Assembly (NCBI GenBank): GCA_034780895.1
Contig: JAUZTB010000118.1
Location: 23,528,096 to 23,592,095 of the forward strand
DNA: 64,000 nt
Source: Rhynchobatus australiae
Lineage: Eukaryota
Direction of reading: 5' to 3'
The notes beneath the pieces were generated by a model that searched no databases, was not told where the DNA came from, and worked only from the letters and a program-made list of their open reading frames with translations. A program made the position numbers and the translations under genes. Positions 38,655 to 50,480 of the stretch are shown here, piece after piece (position 1 is the stretch's first letter; every line of letters begins with the position of its first letter).

Positions 38655-39272
38655 AGAGCTCTCTCTCCCCACCATCATGGACATCTATAAGAGGTGATGT
38701 CTCAGGTAGGCAACATCCATGATCAGGGACCCCCCCCACCACCCCTACACCCACTTCCACCCCCCGCCCACCCACCCACCATCCGGGCAATGCCTTCTTC
38801 TCATTGCTGCCATCAGGCAGGAGATACAGGAACTTGAAGACCCACACCTCAAGATTCAATACGAGCTTCTTCCCCAGGGCCATCAGGTTCTTTAACTGAT
38901 CTGGAAATCCCTAACNNNNNNNNNNNNNNNNNNNNNNNNNNNNNNNNNNNNNNNNNNNNNNNNNNNNNNNNNNNNNNNNNNNNNNNNNNNNNNNNNNNNN
39001 NNNNNNNNNNNNNNNATCTGGAAATCCCTAACATTACCTTAGACTATGTTTATCTCAATTTTGCACTGGAGTCATTATATTAAGTTTGTTTTTTTTATTT
39101 TTACACATGTGTAAGTTATGTAAAATTATGTTAATTTAAGTTCATGTTAATGTATGTTTGTCTTCTTCTTGTAATATGCTGTGCCGCTGTTACAAAAAGC
39201 ACATTTTCATGGCATGTATACCCTGTGTATGTATGCCGATGAAAACAACAAACTTGAAACTTGAACTTGAAA
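38655..39272 (+). mobile_element. Rex1/Babar LINE 3' end (subfamily A) with a C-rich expansion and a gap
   Basis: Parallels 13430-13845; tail aaacttgaaacttgaacttgaaac. Confidence 0.85.
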
Positions 39273-39439
39273 CTTCAGGAGTGGGGTTTTTCAATCTCGC
39301 TCTCCATCCCTGAGTCAATATCCAATGACCAACCACAGAACCAATTAGTTCCTTACAGGTATCAATTAATTGGCTGTCGCATTGCATCTTTAGTTACTGT
39401 GACTTTGCTTCAACAATGAAGGTCCAAATCAAGATCCTG

Positions 39440-40030
39440 GAATACAGGGACCACTTTACATATCTCAGGAGCCACTTCTCAATGAACAGTGACATCAAAG
39501 ATGAAATTCACCATCACCTTCAGTGTGCCTTTAGCTGACTGAGGAAAACAGTGTTTGAATATCAAAACTTCTTGGTCTACCAGACGGCAGTGATTCACCA
39601 ATCTCTTGTATGCTTCTGAGACATAAAATACATACAGCAGGCACATCAAAGCGCCAAAGAGGTGCATTTGATGGGTGTGTCTAAAAAATCTTCCAAATCT
39701 ACTGGCAGGATATGCAAACCAACGCCAGAGTGCTCTTCCAGGCTAACATTCCCAGCATTTAGTCTTTAATCACACACAGTTGGTTCCAATGGGCAGGCCA
39801 AGTCATTCACATGCCCAACACCAGATTTTTGTCATAGCCAGAGATTATTGGGTGGACAGAGAAAACAATTCAAGAATGTTTTCAAAGCCTCCTAGGGAAA
39901 GTCCAACACCCCCAATGACTTGTGGGTATCTTTGGCACAAGATTGCTCAAAATTGGAAAGGAACGTTCAGGATGGCACTGAGAATCTTGAGTGTATGCAC
40001 TGGATCGACACAGGAGACCAGTGAAATGGC
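39440..40030 (+). mobile_element. Degenerate RTE-clade LINE fragment
   Basis: DHFTYLRSHFSMNSDIKDEIHHHLQCA...LRKTVFE-like sequence, as found after the RT domain of RTE elements. Confidence 0.65.
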
Positions 40031-40084
40031 AGAAAGAGTGCACCGCCTTCCAAACTGCATACCCACTGGTTCCATCAAGTTGGT

Positions 40085-40630
40085 GGGGCTGTATTAGGAA
40101 TATTTTATTCAGTTTTGGTCACCCTGCTAAAAGGAAAGATGCCATTAAGCTGGAAAGAGTGCAGAGGAGATTTATGAGGATGTTGCTGGGACACGAGGGA
40201 CTGAGTTATGGAAAGAGGTTGAGCAGGTTGGGACTTTTTTCAATGGAGAGTAGGAGAGTAAGATCTTATAGAGGTATATAAAATTATGAGGGGTACAGAT
40301 AGGGTGAATACGCACAGTCTTTTTCCCAGGGTTGGAGAATCAAGAACTAGAGGGCATCGGTTTTAGATAAGAGGGGAGAGATTTCCTAGGAACCTGACAG
40401 GCAACTTTTCCACCCAGTGGTAAGTATATGGAATGAGCTGCTAGAGGAAGTAGTTCAAGCAGGTACATGATCAACATTTAAACGGTACTTGGACAGGTAT
40501 GAGGATAGGAAACTTTTAGAAGGATATGGGCCTAACATGGGCAAGTGGGACTAGCTTAGATGGGAATCTTGGTTGGCATGGACCGATTGGGCTGAAGTGC
40601 CCGTTTCTATGCTGTATAACTCCATGACCT
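40085..40630 (+). mobile_element. CR1-like LINE 3' end
   Basis: RKDAIKLERVQRRFMRMLLGHEGLSYGKRLSRLGLFS; tail gctgtataactccatgac. Confidence 0.9.
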
Positions 40631-42414
40631 CCTGCTATATCTGTGGCAGAGTCTGCATGTCCCATATTGACCTCTTTGGTCAACTCAGAACCCACTGAAC
40701 TGGCGTAGAAGCAAATCACTGTTGAACCCAAGGGACTCCACAAAAAAAGAGTGAATAGGATGATAACTTGTAGAGTCATTGTGCAGCTGACTGGGAAAAC
40801 AAACCGCAAGTACTGAAAGGGTTAGCAGGTTCTGATATCTAAATTAAAGTTAAGATTCCATCACAAATAGCAGATGACAGATGCAACTGCATTAGAAGGA
40901 AATAATCCATTTTAAGAATTCAAGTGGCATAATTAATATTCATGATCATTATATAATTGGATTAATAATTTAAATTCACTGATATCTGTTGTTGTCTATT
41001 ATATAAATCATTCAGGATTACATTTCATAATTTTTTAATCACACATTCAAACTCACCACAATAATATGCAGGAGGGTGCTATAATTACCCAGAACTGCTC
41101 ACTGAATATTTCCTTTTAGTTTCTGAACAGTGCAGTGTTATATTTCGGTTTGAAGATGACAGCAGCAATAGGAAGCAGAAGGTTGTTACAAATGTTTTGT
41201 CACAAGGAAGCTTCATTTACATGTTGCATACACAATATTAACAGGCTGCACTTAACTGTGATTTTCAGAATCACCGGCATAAATCATATGAATACATCAA
41301 TGGNNNNNNNNNNNNNNNNNNNNNNNNNNNNNNNNNNNNNNNNNNNNNNNNNNNNNNNNNNNNNNNNNNNNNNNNNNNNNNNNNNNNNNNNNNNNNNNNN
41401 NNNATATGAATACACCAATGGTAACTGTAACAAGATATTTTTGGAGATGGTTCAGTTTTTGAGCCCATAACATCAATCTATTCTGTGAATTTCAAAGCTC
41501 TCTTAACATTACAACCTTCTTCATAGCTATTTCTTTAAAAGCAGAAGATTGCGATGTTCTTGTAACCATCCGGAGAATATGTCAAGCTGAGAATATTCAG
41601 GTTAGCTCTGATTATATTCATAAGAATTATATTTGTCCATTTGCAATGGGCGTTGATGTTATATGCTGCATGCTGCTTTCCTTTTGCTAAATAATTTAAA
41701 GAAGTTATTCCACCATGCAGCTCAGTGGTGAATGGCAGGACCTGAATTGCTAGTGAGGTAATATAAGGCTTGCCACTTAATACAAGAGAGGGTCTGTAGA
41801 GGAGAAGTTGTGACACTATCAGACAAACGTCTGCTTTAGGAGAACAAGAAAGTGGACCATTAGGCTGGGCATCATGAAGATGTACAAGCTCTTGTCTCAA
41901 TGTCGAAAATATAGCAGTCCTGTTATTACTTTTCCCTTTGGGATCACTTAGTGCTACAAACTGCATACAGGCAGACGGCTGACACAAATTAGACACAGGG
42001 CATGAACCTGACACAAGAACAGGTAGGCCAGAGGATTGAAATCAGGCCTTAAGACTCCAATTAAATTCGAGCTGCGAATGCTTGCATTCCCAGACAATTC
42101 AACAGCAACATGGACACTGATATGCAATGTCAGGAATGGTGCTCTGACAAGCATTGGGAGAAGATTCAGTGGGCTTTGGGAGGGTGGAGAAGGTTAACAG
42201 CTGTGGAGTTACAGGAGCACTCTAATTATTCTCGGCTCTAGAGGAAGTTTTTTTTAAAATAATTGCTAACAATTGTAACACAGGAATCACTGAGAATCCT
42301 GAATAGGACACATCTGATGCCTGCACTAATTACTGTTGGTGAATGTTGAAAAGGGATTCTTTAAAAAAATGTTTGGCCCCTTATGTTGAAGAAAGTCCAC
42401 ACCTGTTTTAGTAG

Positions 42415-42502
42415 TGTCCCAACGAGGCATCTTGACCCAAAATTTCGACTTATACCTTCTGCCTTCACAGACGCTGCCTGACCTGCCGAACCTTCTGGTT
42501 TT
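42415..42502 (+). mobile_element. Penelope-derived pLTR fragment
   Basis: gtcccaacgaggcatcttgacccaaaatttcgac...cacagacgctgcctgacctgccgaaccttc. Confidence 0.55.
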
Positions 42503-42615
42503 TAGAGTCAAAGCATCATACAGCACAGAAATGGGCCCTTCGGCCCAACTGGTCCATGGCGACCAAGATTCCCATCTAAGTTGTCTCATTTGCCCACATT
42601 TGGCCCATATCCCTC
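42503..42615 (-). mobile_element. CR1-like LINE 3' tail
   Basis: agagtcaaagcatcatacagcacagaaatgggcccttcggcccaac...tttggcccatatccctct. Confidence 0.75.
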
Positions 42616-42989
42616 TTTTTTTTTCCTGTTTTAGTTATACTAGCTTTCCATTATTTAGAATGGAATTACATTTAATTCTTAATTATGACTTGAACTCTTG
42701 AAATCCTTCATTAAAACTATTATTAAAGGATCAAAAGTGAATTCTATTTCCTTAAGTTTTCCTTGGAGTGTAATCACACCAGGATGAAAGTACTGGTCCT
42801 CACAATCTCTTTAACATATGTTAATGATAGGGAAAAGTCAAACCTGATGGATAAGACAGGCCTTCTGTAGTGTGGTGGAAGGCCACCAGATTATTTCAAA
42901 ATTCAAACCACTGTCATACAACATCTTCAATATTTTTCTTCTTTTCTTCAGTCCTCCTAAATGCAGTCCTATCCAGCTCATCTTTCCCA

Positions 42990-43333
42990 CGGGTGGCACA
43001 GTAACACAGCCAGGAGAACCGTTGCCTCACAGCACCAGAGACCAGGGTTCAATTCTGACCTCGGACGCTGCCTGTGTGCTCCCTGTGACCACATTAGTTT
43101 CCTCTGGGTGCTCTGATTTCTTCCCACATCCAAAAGACATGTAGGTGGTAGATTATTTGGCCGTTGTAAATTGCCTCTGATGTATGTTGGTGAGTGGTAG
43201 AATTTGGGAGGAGTTGATGAGAATGTGAGGAGAAGAAGAAAATGGGATTAATGTAGGATTCATGTAAATAGGTGGTTTATAGTCAGTGCGGACATTGGGT
43301 CTGTTTCTGTGGTGTATCTCTCTATGACTCTAA
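42990..43333 (+). mobile_element. Near full-length V-SINE (HE1-like)
   Basis: gggtggcacagtaacacag (A box), gggttcaattc (B box), V-domain-like core and the tail tgtatctctctatgactct. Confidence 0.9.
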
Positions 43334-45454
43334 ACGCATGCAGTCCCTCCCTTCCTTTAATTTGCAGTACACCACCTTAATATTCACCCTTGCACCAGCT
43401 CTGGAACCCTTCTCTCAGTATTGTTGCCCTGTCACTTCATCACATCATATTCAATTTCAATACCCATTGTGTACTAAGAACTGTGTGATCATTCTGTTTT
43501 AGATTACGTGAATGAGTCACTCATTGGATCCACTCCCACTGTCCCTCATGTAACAGTCTAATTAGGGGTCCTGTTAAAGTTATGAAAGCAGTGGGTGCAG
43601 TTCCCAAAACTTCCCAGAATTTCTTTGGATGACTCCTGTACCCCACCCCCAACTAAATAGGCTGCCACATGCCTTTCCTGAGACTAGGTGAACACTCCTG
43701 CTTGGAATGCATGGAAGTGTGCACTTTGCCAGTGCATTCCCTTGGAATCATTACAAACAAGAAGATACATTGCAGATTCCTTGGTTAAAGAATATAAAAA
43801 AGAATATAATAAAGAATAAAGAACTAAATGTAATATAAAAGGCAATCAAATCAGAAGGAAATTCCCTGAAAGAACCATTTTCAAAGATATAATTGTTATT
43901 TTAACCATATTACCTATTTACATGTGATTTCACTGAGCAAATGATAAACTACTTCAATAATCCATTTGATTAGTGATAAGAAGCGACGTTACTGGGCTGG
44001 AAGCACGTTGCGAGTGTCTTCTGGATGAACATGGGATTTCCATTGTAGATTATCGATATAAATAGCTCTTGGAATCATAAATTAATCAACCTACTGAAAG
44101 GGATATGTGTTTAATTGCAATGGTATTTCTATATTCCTCAACAAACTGCCGAGGTATTTATAAAAAATGACAGTCAAAGGTCTTGCAATAAATTGCAAAG
44201 NNNNNNNNNNNNNNNNNNNNNNNNNNNNNNNNNNNNNNNNNNNNNNNNNNNNNNNNNNNNNNNNNNNNNNNNNNNNNNNNNNNNNNNNNNNNNNNNNNNN
44301 TCTTGCAATAAATTGCAAAGTGTAAACATATTGCCAATGTTAGTTGAACACAGTGGACTGTAATAAACATACTCTATCAGAGAAGCTGCAATAAACCATA
44401 TTCAAGGTTTTTAATATACTAGCAGCACTGGTGACAGTGTGAAATTGTATTCACTAATGGAGGCCTATTTCAACAGTGCAGTGATAAAAGGGATGCAGGA
44501 GTGATAAATAAAGCAAGCGGATGACCTCATGACTCTTCCAGTCAATCCCACAATACCACCTTTTACAAATGGGAAATAAATTGCACTGTAGGTTTTGGAT
44601 CCAATTCTAAAAAGGTTCATTATGATCAGGAAGAATATCGGCTGCCAAGGTATCCTGGCACTGAGTTTGACATCTTAAAGCTAATTCTTCAAACCAATTC
44701 GGTAATGAACTTCTGACTAAAGCTCCCTCGAGACAGAATCCCATTAACAGTTTCTGCCTCTTGTCTTCTTAGCATTGCTCCTCTCACCTGCAAGCAAGGC
44801 CTGAGCCCCCATTTCAACACAATCATTGAGTGTACTCATACCTGCCATGTCCTGAACTGTTTATAATAATGCAATGGATTACCTTGTTTATTGTATGAAA
44901 ACAGAATTGTTAAAACTACACGTCACAATCAAAATATAATACTCCGAAACCTTGATCACATTTTTCCTTTTCTGTGGCTGATGCTTCTAAAACAAGTAGT
45001 GCAAAAATCAGTAAGGGCATCAAAACCAGAAATGATTGAGCACAGCTGTGGAATGTATATGGGATGATAAGGCAGTGCTTCTCCCAACGGCTAATCTAAG
45101 CAAAAGATTAGTTTTATTGTTACAATTCTCTGTTTTATATTTCCAGCAATTATCCTTTCCGCTATTCAGTAACTGAAGCAAAATATAAATGTGTAGAAAT
45201 TGAGTGGGATGCAATTCCTCATTCACAGTTTGGTAACATTTTAACAGGTTCAGGTATAGCTGTCCTGGGAATGTGTTTGCAAGGTTATTGGTAGATCCTC
45301 ACATTTCCAGGGTAGAAATGCCAAATACTAGAGGACATGCATTTAAGATGGGGGGGAAAGTTCAAAGGAGATGTGTGGGGCAAGTTTTTTTATGCAGAGA
45401 GTGGTCAGTGCCTGGAACAGGCTGCCAGGGGTAGTGGTGGAAACAGATATAGTG

Positions 45455-46147
45455 TTTAAAAGTAAGGAAGTATTGATGAGACTCTATGGGGCACTGGTGA
45501 GGCCTCATTTGGAATACTGTGTGCAGTTTTGGGCCCTATATCTTAAGAAGAATGCGCTGTTGTTGGAGCTTGTTCAGAGGAGGTTCACGAAGATGGTTCT
45601 CGGAATGAAAGGGCTTACATATGATGAGCATTTGTTGACTCTTGGACTGACTTCACTGGAGTACAGAAGGATGAGAGGGGATCTCATAGAAACATTTAAA
45701 ATGTTGAAAGGGATAGACAGAGTAGATACAGCCAAACTGTTTCCCTTGATGGGTGAGTCCAGGACCAGAGGGCACAATCTTAGAATTAGAGGGTACAGGT
45801 TTAGAACTGAGATGAGGAGAAATTTTNNNNNNNNNNNNNNNNNNNNNNNNNNNNNNNNNNNNNNNNNNNNNNNNNNNNNNNNNNNNNNNNNNNNNNNNNN
45901 NNNNNNNNNNNNNNNNNNNNNNNNNNTAAAGAGGAGATAGACAGATATCTAATTAGTCAAGGTATCAAGGGATATGGGGATAAGGCAGGAAATTGGGGTT
46001 AAAATTATTTTTTTTCTTATTTTTTCTCTTGACTCTCTCCCCTCCCTCCCCCCTTCTCCTTTCTCATCTCTTTTTCCCTTTTCCCCGGAGCAGACTCGAT
46101 GGGCCGAACAGCCTGCTTCTGCTCCCTTATCTTGTGATCTTGTGATG
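45455..46147 (+). mobile_element. Younger CR1-like LINE, 5'-truncated, nested
   Basis: Uninterrupted frame FKSKEVLMRLYGALVRPHLEYCVQFW...RRMRGDLIETFKMLKG...RTRGHNLRI; (TCTTGTGA)2 tail; flanked by ATAGTG. Confidence 0.9.
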
Positions 46148-46235
46148 ATAGTGGCATTTAAGAGGCTGTTAGATAGACACATGACGATGCAGGGAATGGA
46201 GGGATATGGATCATGTGCAGACAGAATAAATTTAG

Positions 46236-46290
46236 AGAGACAAAGGACTGCAGATACTGGAATCTGGATAAAAAAAACACTATGATGCTG
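46236..46290. mobile_element. 55-bp Penelope-derived terminal fragment with a 9-bp target-site duplication
   Basis: TAAATTTAG at 46227-46235 and 46291-46299 flanks agagacaaaggactgcagatactggaatctgg...gatgctg. Confidence 0.75.
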
Positions 46291-48469
46291 TAAATTTAGT
46301 TTAATTTGGCATCGTGTTTGACACAGACATTGTGGGCCAAAGGGCCTGTTCCCGTGTTTTCTATGGAACATTCTATGTTCCGTGTTAACAGACTACTTTG
46401 GATAAGAGAAAAATCCATATACAGAGCTCATCTTTGCAGTTTAATTGATAACAATTTGGAATATTACTTCACTCATGGATCAAATCAGGTTTGCAGAAAA
46501 GTGTTATTTTCACCCTCACTTCTGAAGCACTGTGATTTTTACCTCAATCCTCGGGAATCCCCTTATGGTATCACTTCCTGACAGGTGAGGTAAGCACAGC
46601 CACAATAATTTGTTAATTAATGTTCTTTCTAACCTAGCCACAAGAAAGTGGCAGAGACTTTTTTAAGTGAGCGAGCACATTAATCACTTTCTCCTTCTCT
46701 CTGGCCTCACTCTTCCTTCCTGTAAAAACGTCAGGCACCCCAAGCGCATCGCCTACTTCACCCTGGTCCGGCACTTGTTACCACAGCACCCACGTACTGT
46801 GCCACTTGCATTAAACTTCATTTCAACATAGAAATGAAATATCAAATCCCTTTATGTAATTAACAGATTAAATCAATGTTGCATCTTATGTACTGCCACA
46901 TTTAGACAAGATTTAGAATAATTAATTCCAGTGTAAAACATGGAATAGATTTATTCTAGAGAATTAATTTCAACATTCATGCTTTTAATTACACACCATA
47001 ATTTCACCTACCAGAGGATGTAGCTCCATTATCACTTCTGCTCTTGTAAGATAAATTGTGATCTGGATGAAGTGACAAACAGTTCCACAGTGGAAATTTT
47101 TAACTCTCCATTGATGAGAGCAATATGTTGCAATCACCAGAAAANNNNNNNNNNNNNNNNNTACAAAGCTTCAAGAGGCCAGGTACAAATCTCAAGGGTT
47201 ATACAAACATAATCAACCCTACACTACATTTCATTAATATTGATTAGCCTTGTCACATAGTTAGTAAAGTAAATACTGAGAAAATGTTGATTCTGCTGTT
47301 GAGGGACATTTTCTGCTAAATAAAGACCCTATACAAAGATGGAAAGCAAACACTGAGACAGAAAGTGAGAGGGATTCTTTTTAAGGAAATATTATTTGTG
47401 AGGAATATCTGAGTGAACTATGGCTGTCTCTCACATAGCACTTGCCATGCACATGTGTGATTGAAGAAAAACACAAAATATCATTCATATCATTTAAAGG
47501 CATTTTTGAATTTCCTTTCACTTATGATAAGAATATAAAATGGAGGAGAAAATGAATTATCCACCTTCTAACTTTGTTGGTACTGCTACAAAACCTTCTG
47601 CTACTGAGTTTTTCCTCACTTGAAACACAAGTGCCCAGCTGCCTCTCTCACTCACTCAAAACTGTCATGTTCTTGAGAAAACCTCGTCAATCACTTCACT
47701 AAACCTCAGTAAACAGGGCCTTGAGTGAAAACATCACAAATTAAAATTCCTACTCATTGGAACTAAGCTCTGTCAATAACTGGTTTATTTTTTTGGCTTA
47801 AATGGCTCACACAATCACAAAAGCCTCTTCAGCGAGACCCCCATAGATTTGAGATCAATGCAATGTTACCTATTGACCTTTGTTTTTTATCCTCCGCAGC
47901 CCTATAATCATTCACTCTTTACTGGGTTAGGTTTGCACAGGAATCTGATGCACTTCAATGACGTTCCAGTAAGGCCATTATTGATACTGAGTATCAGCAA
48001 ATTGATCCAAAGGGGAATCAAAGACAAACCCATCATTTACATGTGTCCTTACACAGAGTTGACCAGGATATGTGTGGGAGTGAAAAACCTGAATGAGTTT
48101 CATTTTCCCCAATCCAAGCCAGTTGTAGTAACCCCACCAGCATCCTGGTTGACATAAGCTAACCCAACAGAGACAAGGAATTAAATCTACTGTTTCCACT
48201 TCACTTTCTCACTGGGCAAATGCATCGAGCCGCTGAGACAATTTCAACCTCTTACTGAAGTTGCCACTTACTAGAGCAAACTACCAACAAAATGTTACCC
48301 GTTTGATGCTGTACAATTTTCCCATTGTAGTTCTGCCATTGTTGCTGGTAAATGTTTTTTAACAAAAGCATTCAAAATGATCTTTCACAGAAAGGAAGTC
48401 CTTCCATTCATACAAGGTATACGGCACTCATATTTTAAAACAGAGGTGGAACACTGCGGACTTGCTCAC

Positions 48470-48512
48470 TTTTTGAAGGACAAAGCAGGATATTTCCGTC
48501 TGTGTGAGATAT
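48470..48512 (-). other. Candidate 43-nt internal exon of an unidentified host gene
   Basis: Minus: ttatcattgttttgtgcag|ATATCTCACACAGACGGAAATATCCTGCTTTGTCCTTCAAAAA|gtgagc; open in all three frames; no homolog recognised. Confidence 0.3.
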
Positions 48513-49394
48513 CTGCACAAAACAATGATAATGTGAAATGTATGCACATTTAGGTAATNNNNNNNNNNNNNNNNNNNNNNNNNNNNNNNNNNNNNNNNNN
48601 NNNNNNNNNNNNNNNNNNNNNNNNNNNNNNNNNNNNNNNNNNNNNNNNNNNNNNNNNNNNNNNNNNNNNNNNNNNNNNNNNNNNNNNNNNNNNNNNNNNN
48701 NNNNNNNNNNNNNNNNNTCTGCTATAAACCTAGAGTGAACAGATATTGGGAATTCCAGTATTTTCGGAACCATTTGACTTTGATATATTTTATATGCAGG
48801 ACAAACAATAACTGGTATCTTCAATACCTTAAACACATTTTACTAATGTGATCAAATCACAATAAAGTCATCGACAAACATATTTTTTACTTGCATCAAT
48901 GCAGACAAATAATGTCAATACCCCACCACTGCAGTAACCTTAAAACATATAATTGATACTACAGCCAACAATATATCTGTGAATAGTCATGAGGACCAGC
49001 ACACTTTACTTTATTGTACCCTTACGTGCTTGGATATCCATTCAGTATAATTTAATCAGTTTACCAGTTCAAAAAAAAACTAGGTGCACAAAGCATTTTA
49101 ATGATAGTTCTGGTAATGTATCATTCAGTAGTTACATGTAATCTTGGTGATGGTGTATTCCAGTTTAACTGCAATCTACATATAATTACACGCATCATAC
49201 GGCTTGAATACAACAACAATGGAAAGTACAAAGTCTTCATTTAATCATCTACCAGTGACCTATTGTTTCCTTTAGCCAATGTACTGTCAGAATCCAAGAG
49301 GAATTTATACACTATAAACTAACAACATGATTTATGATCTGCTTCAAACAGGTTAACCCTGCAATAACAATGGTGCAAAATGAAAATTACTTTA

Positions 49395-49622
49395 TCAGTG
49401 CTTGCGAGGGTCGGTCACCTCGCCCCCATGCACACCAATGAGGCGACTGTTAAGCAGAATTTGTTGATGAGTTGGCCTGCTGAGCTCCTGTGGGGGGCTG
49501 GCAGGGTCTGCAGAGACTAAAGCCAGTGAGCGCTGGGTCGGGAAAGCCAGACTACTGTGATGCTTTGCTAACGACCTCAGCTCCAGCCTGGTAGAATCCT
49601 TAGGAGAAGAAGCTGCCGTGGG
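49395..49622 (-). other. Candidate terminal exon or conserved GC-rich element
   Basis: ccttgttttaccacatgctgcag acceptor, then 75 open codons to TGA; locally GC- and CpG-rich and non-repetitive. Confidence 0.25.
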
Positions 49623-50119
49623 CTGCAGCATGTGGTAAAACAAGGTCATCATCTCTCTGCTGAACCAGACTCTTCACAGGAGTTAGTCCTCATTTAAGTG
49701 CCATAAAGGAGAACGGCTCCTTGAAGAGTCAGTGTGAAAAACACACCTCTCGCCAACCTGCTGAGGATCATTTCCCCTTGTCCTCTCCACTTCTTTTTTA
49801 TCATGTCGATACGAGGGAAAAAAACAATAATGCACCTATTTCTAAAAGATAAAGTTCCTAAAACCCAGCAGTCTTGGGTCATTGGTGGTGCTGTACTCAC
49901 AGATTTCTAGACTACTGGATATTCCAATTAACGCCCAAACAGACCTTTATTTCACCATTTTTTAAACATGTTACACAGTCGCGTAATAAACTTTATGGTG
50001 AACCCAGTGAATTTAAAGGACTGTGGACCCCGGATCCTGCTGCAAACCTACCCACATTCCTAGCCCNNNNNNNNNNACACTGACCCCAGTTACACTCCAG
50101 TTTCTCCTCTCGGTTCTGC

Positions 50120-50480
50120 CCGCACATCTGTCCCACACTCTGGACGCCCAGCTCCGGTTGCACATCTGGCCCATACTCTGGACCCCAAGCTCTGGTCAGA
50201 CATCTGGCTCACACTCTGGAGTCCCCACTCCAGTCACACACTCTGGACCCCCGGCTCCGGTTGCACATCTGGCCCACACGGGACCCCCCAGCTCTGGCCA
50301 CACATCTGGTCCACAGTCTGGACCCCAGCTCTGGTTGCACATTTGGCCCACACAGGACCCTCAGCTCTGGCCACACATCTGGACCATAGTCTGGACCTTC
50401 AGCTCAAGTCGGATATCTGGCCCACACTCTGGACCTTCAGCTCAAGTTGCATATCTGGCCCACACTCTGGACCTTCGAGT
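50120..50480. repeat. GC-rich minisatellite, ~37-38 bp unit, about 9-10 degenerate copies
   Basis: Consensus CACATCTGG CCCACACTCTGG ACCCCCAGCTCYGG TTG; first units start at 50123 and 50161. Confidence 0.9.

Larger units (their letters stand above)
45300..46385 (+). mobile_element. Older CR1-like LINE 3' end, interrupted by two later insertions
   Basis: The left part ends ...gtggtggaaacagatatagtg and resumes at 46148 with atagtggcatttaagaggctgttagatagacac; tail cattctatgttc. Confidence 0.8.

Noticed and set aside
45371-45940. 189-aa ORF as a host gene
   Set aside because: It is a chimera of two CR1 ORF2 ends, with no real start codon, running into a gap.
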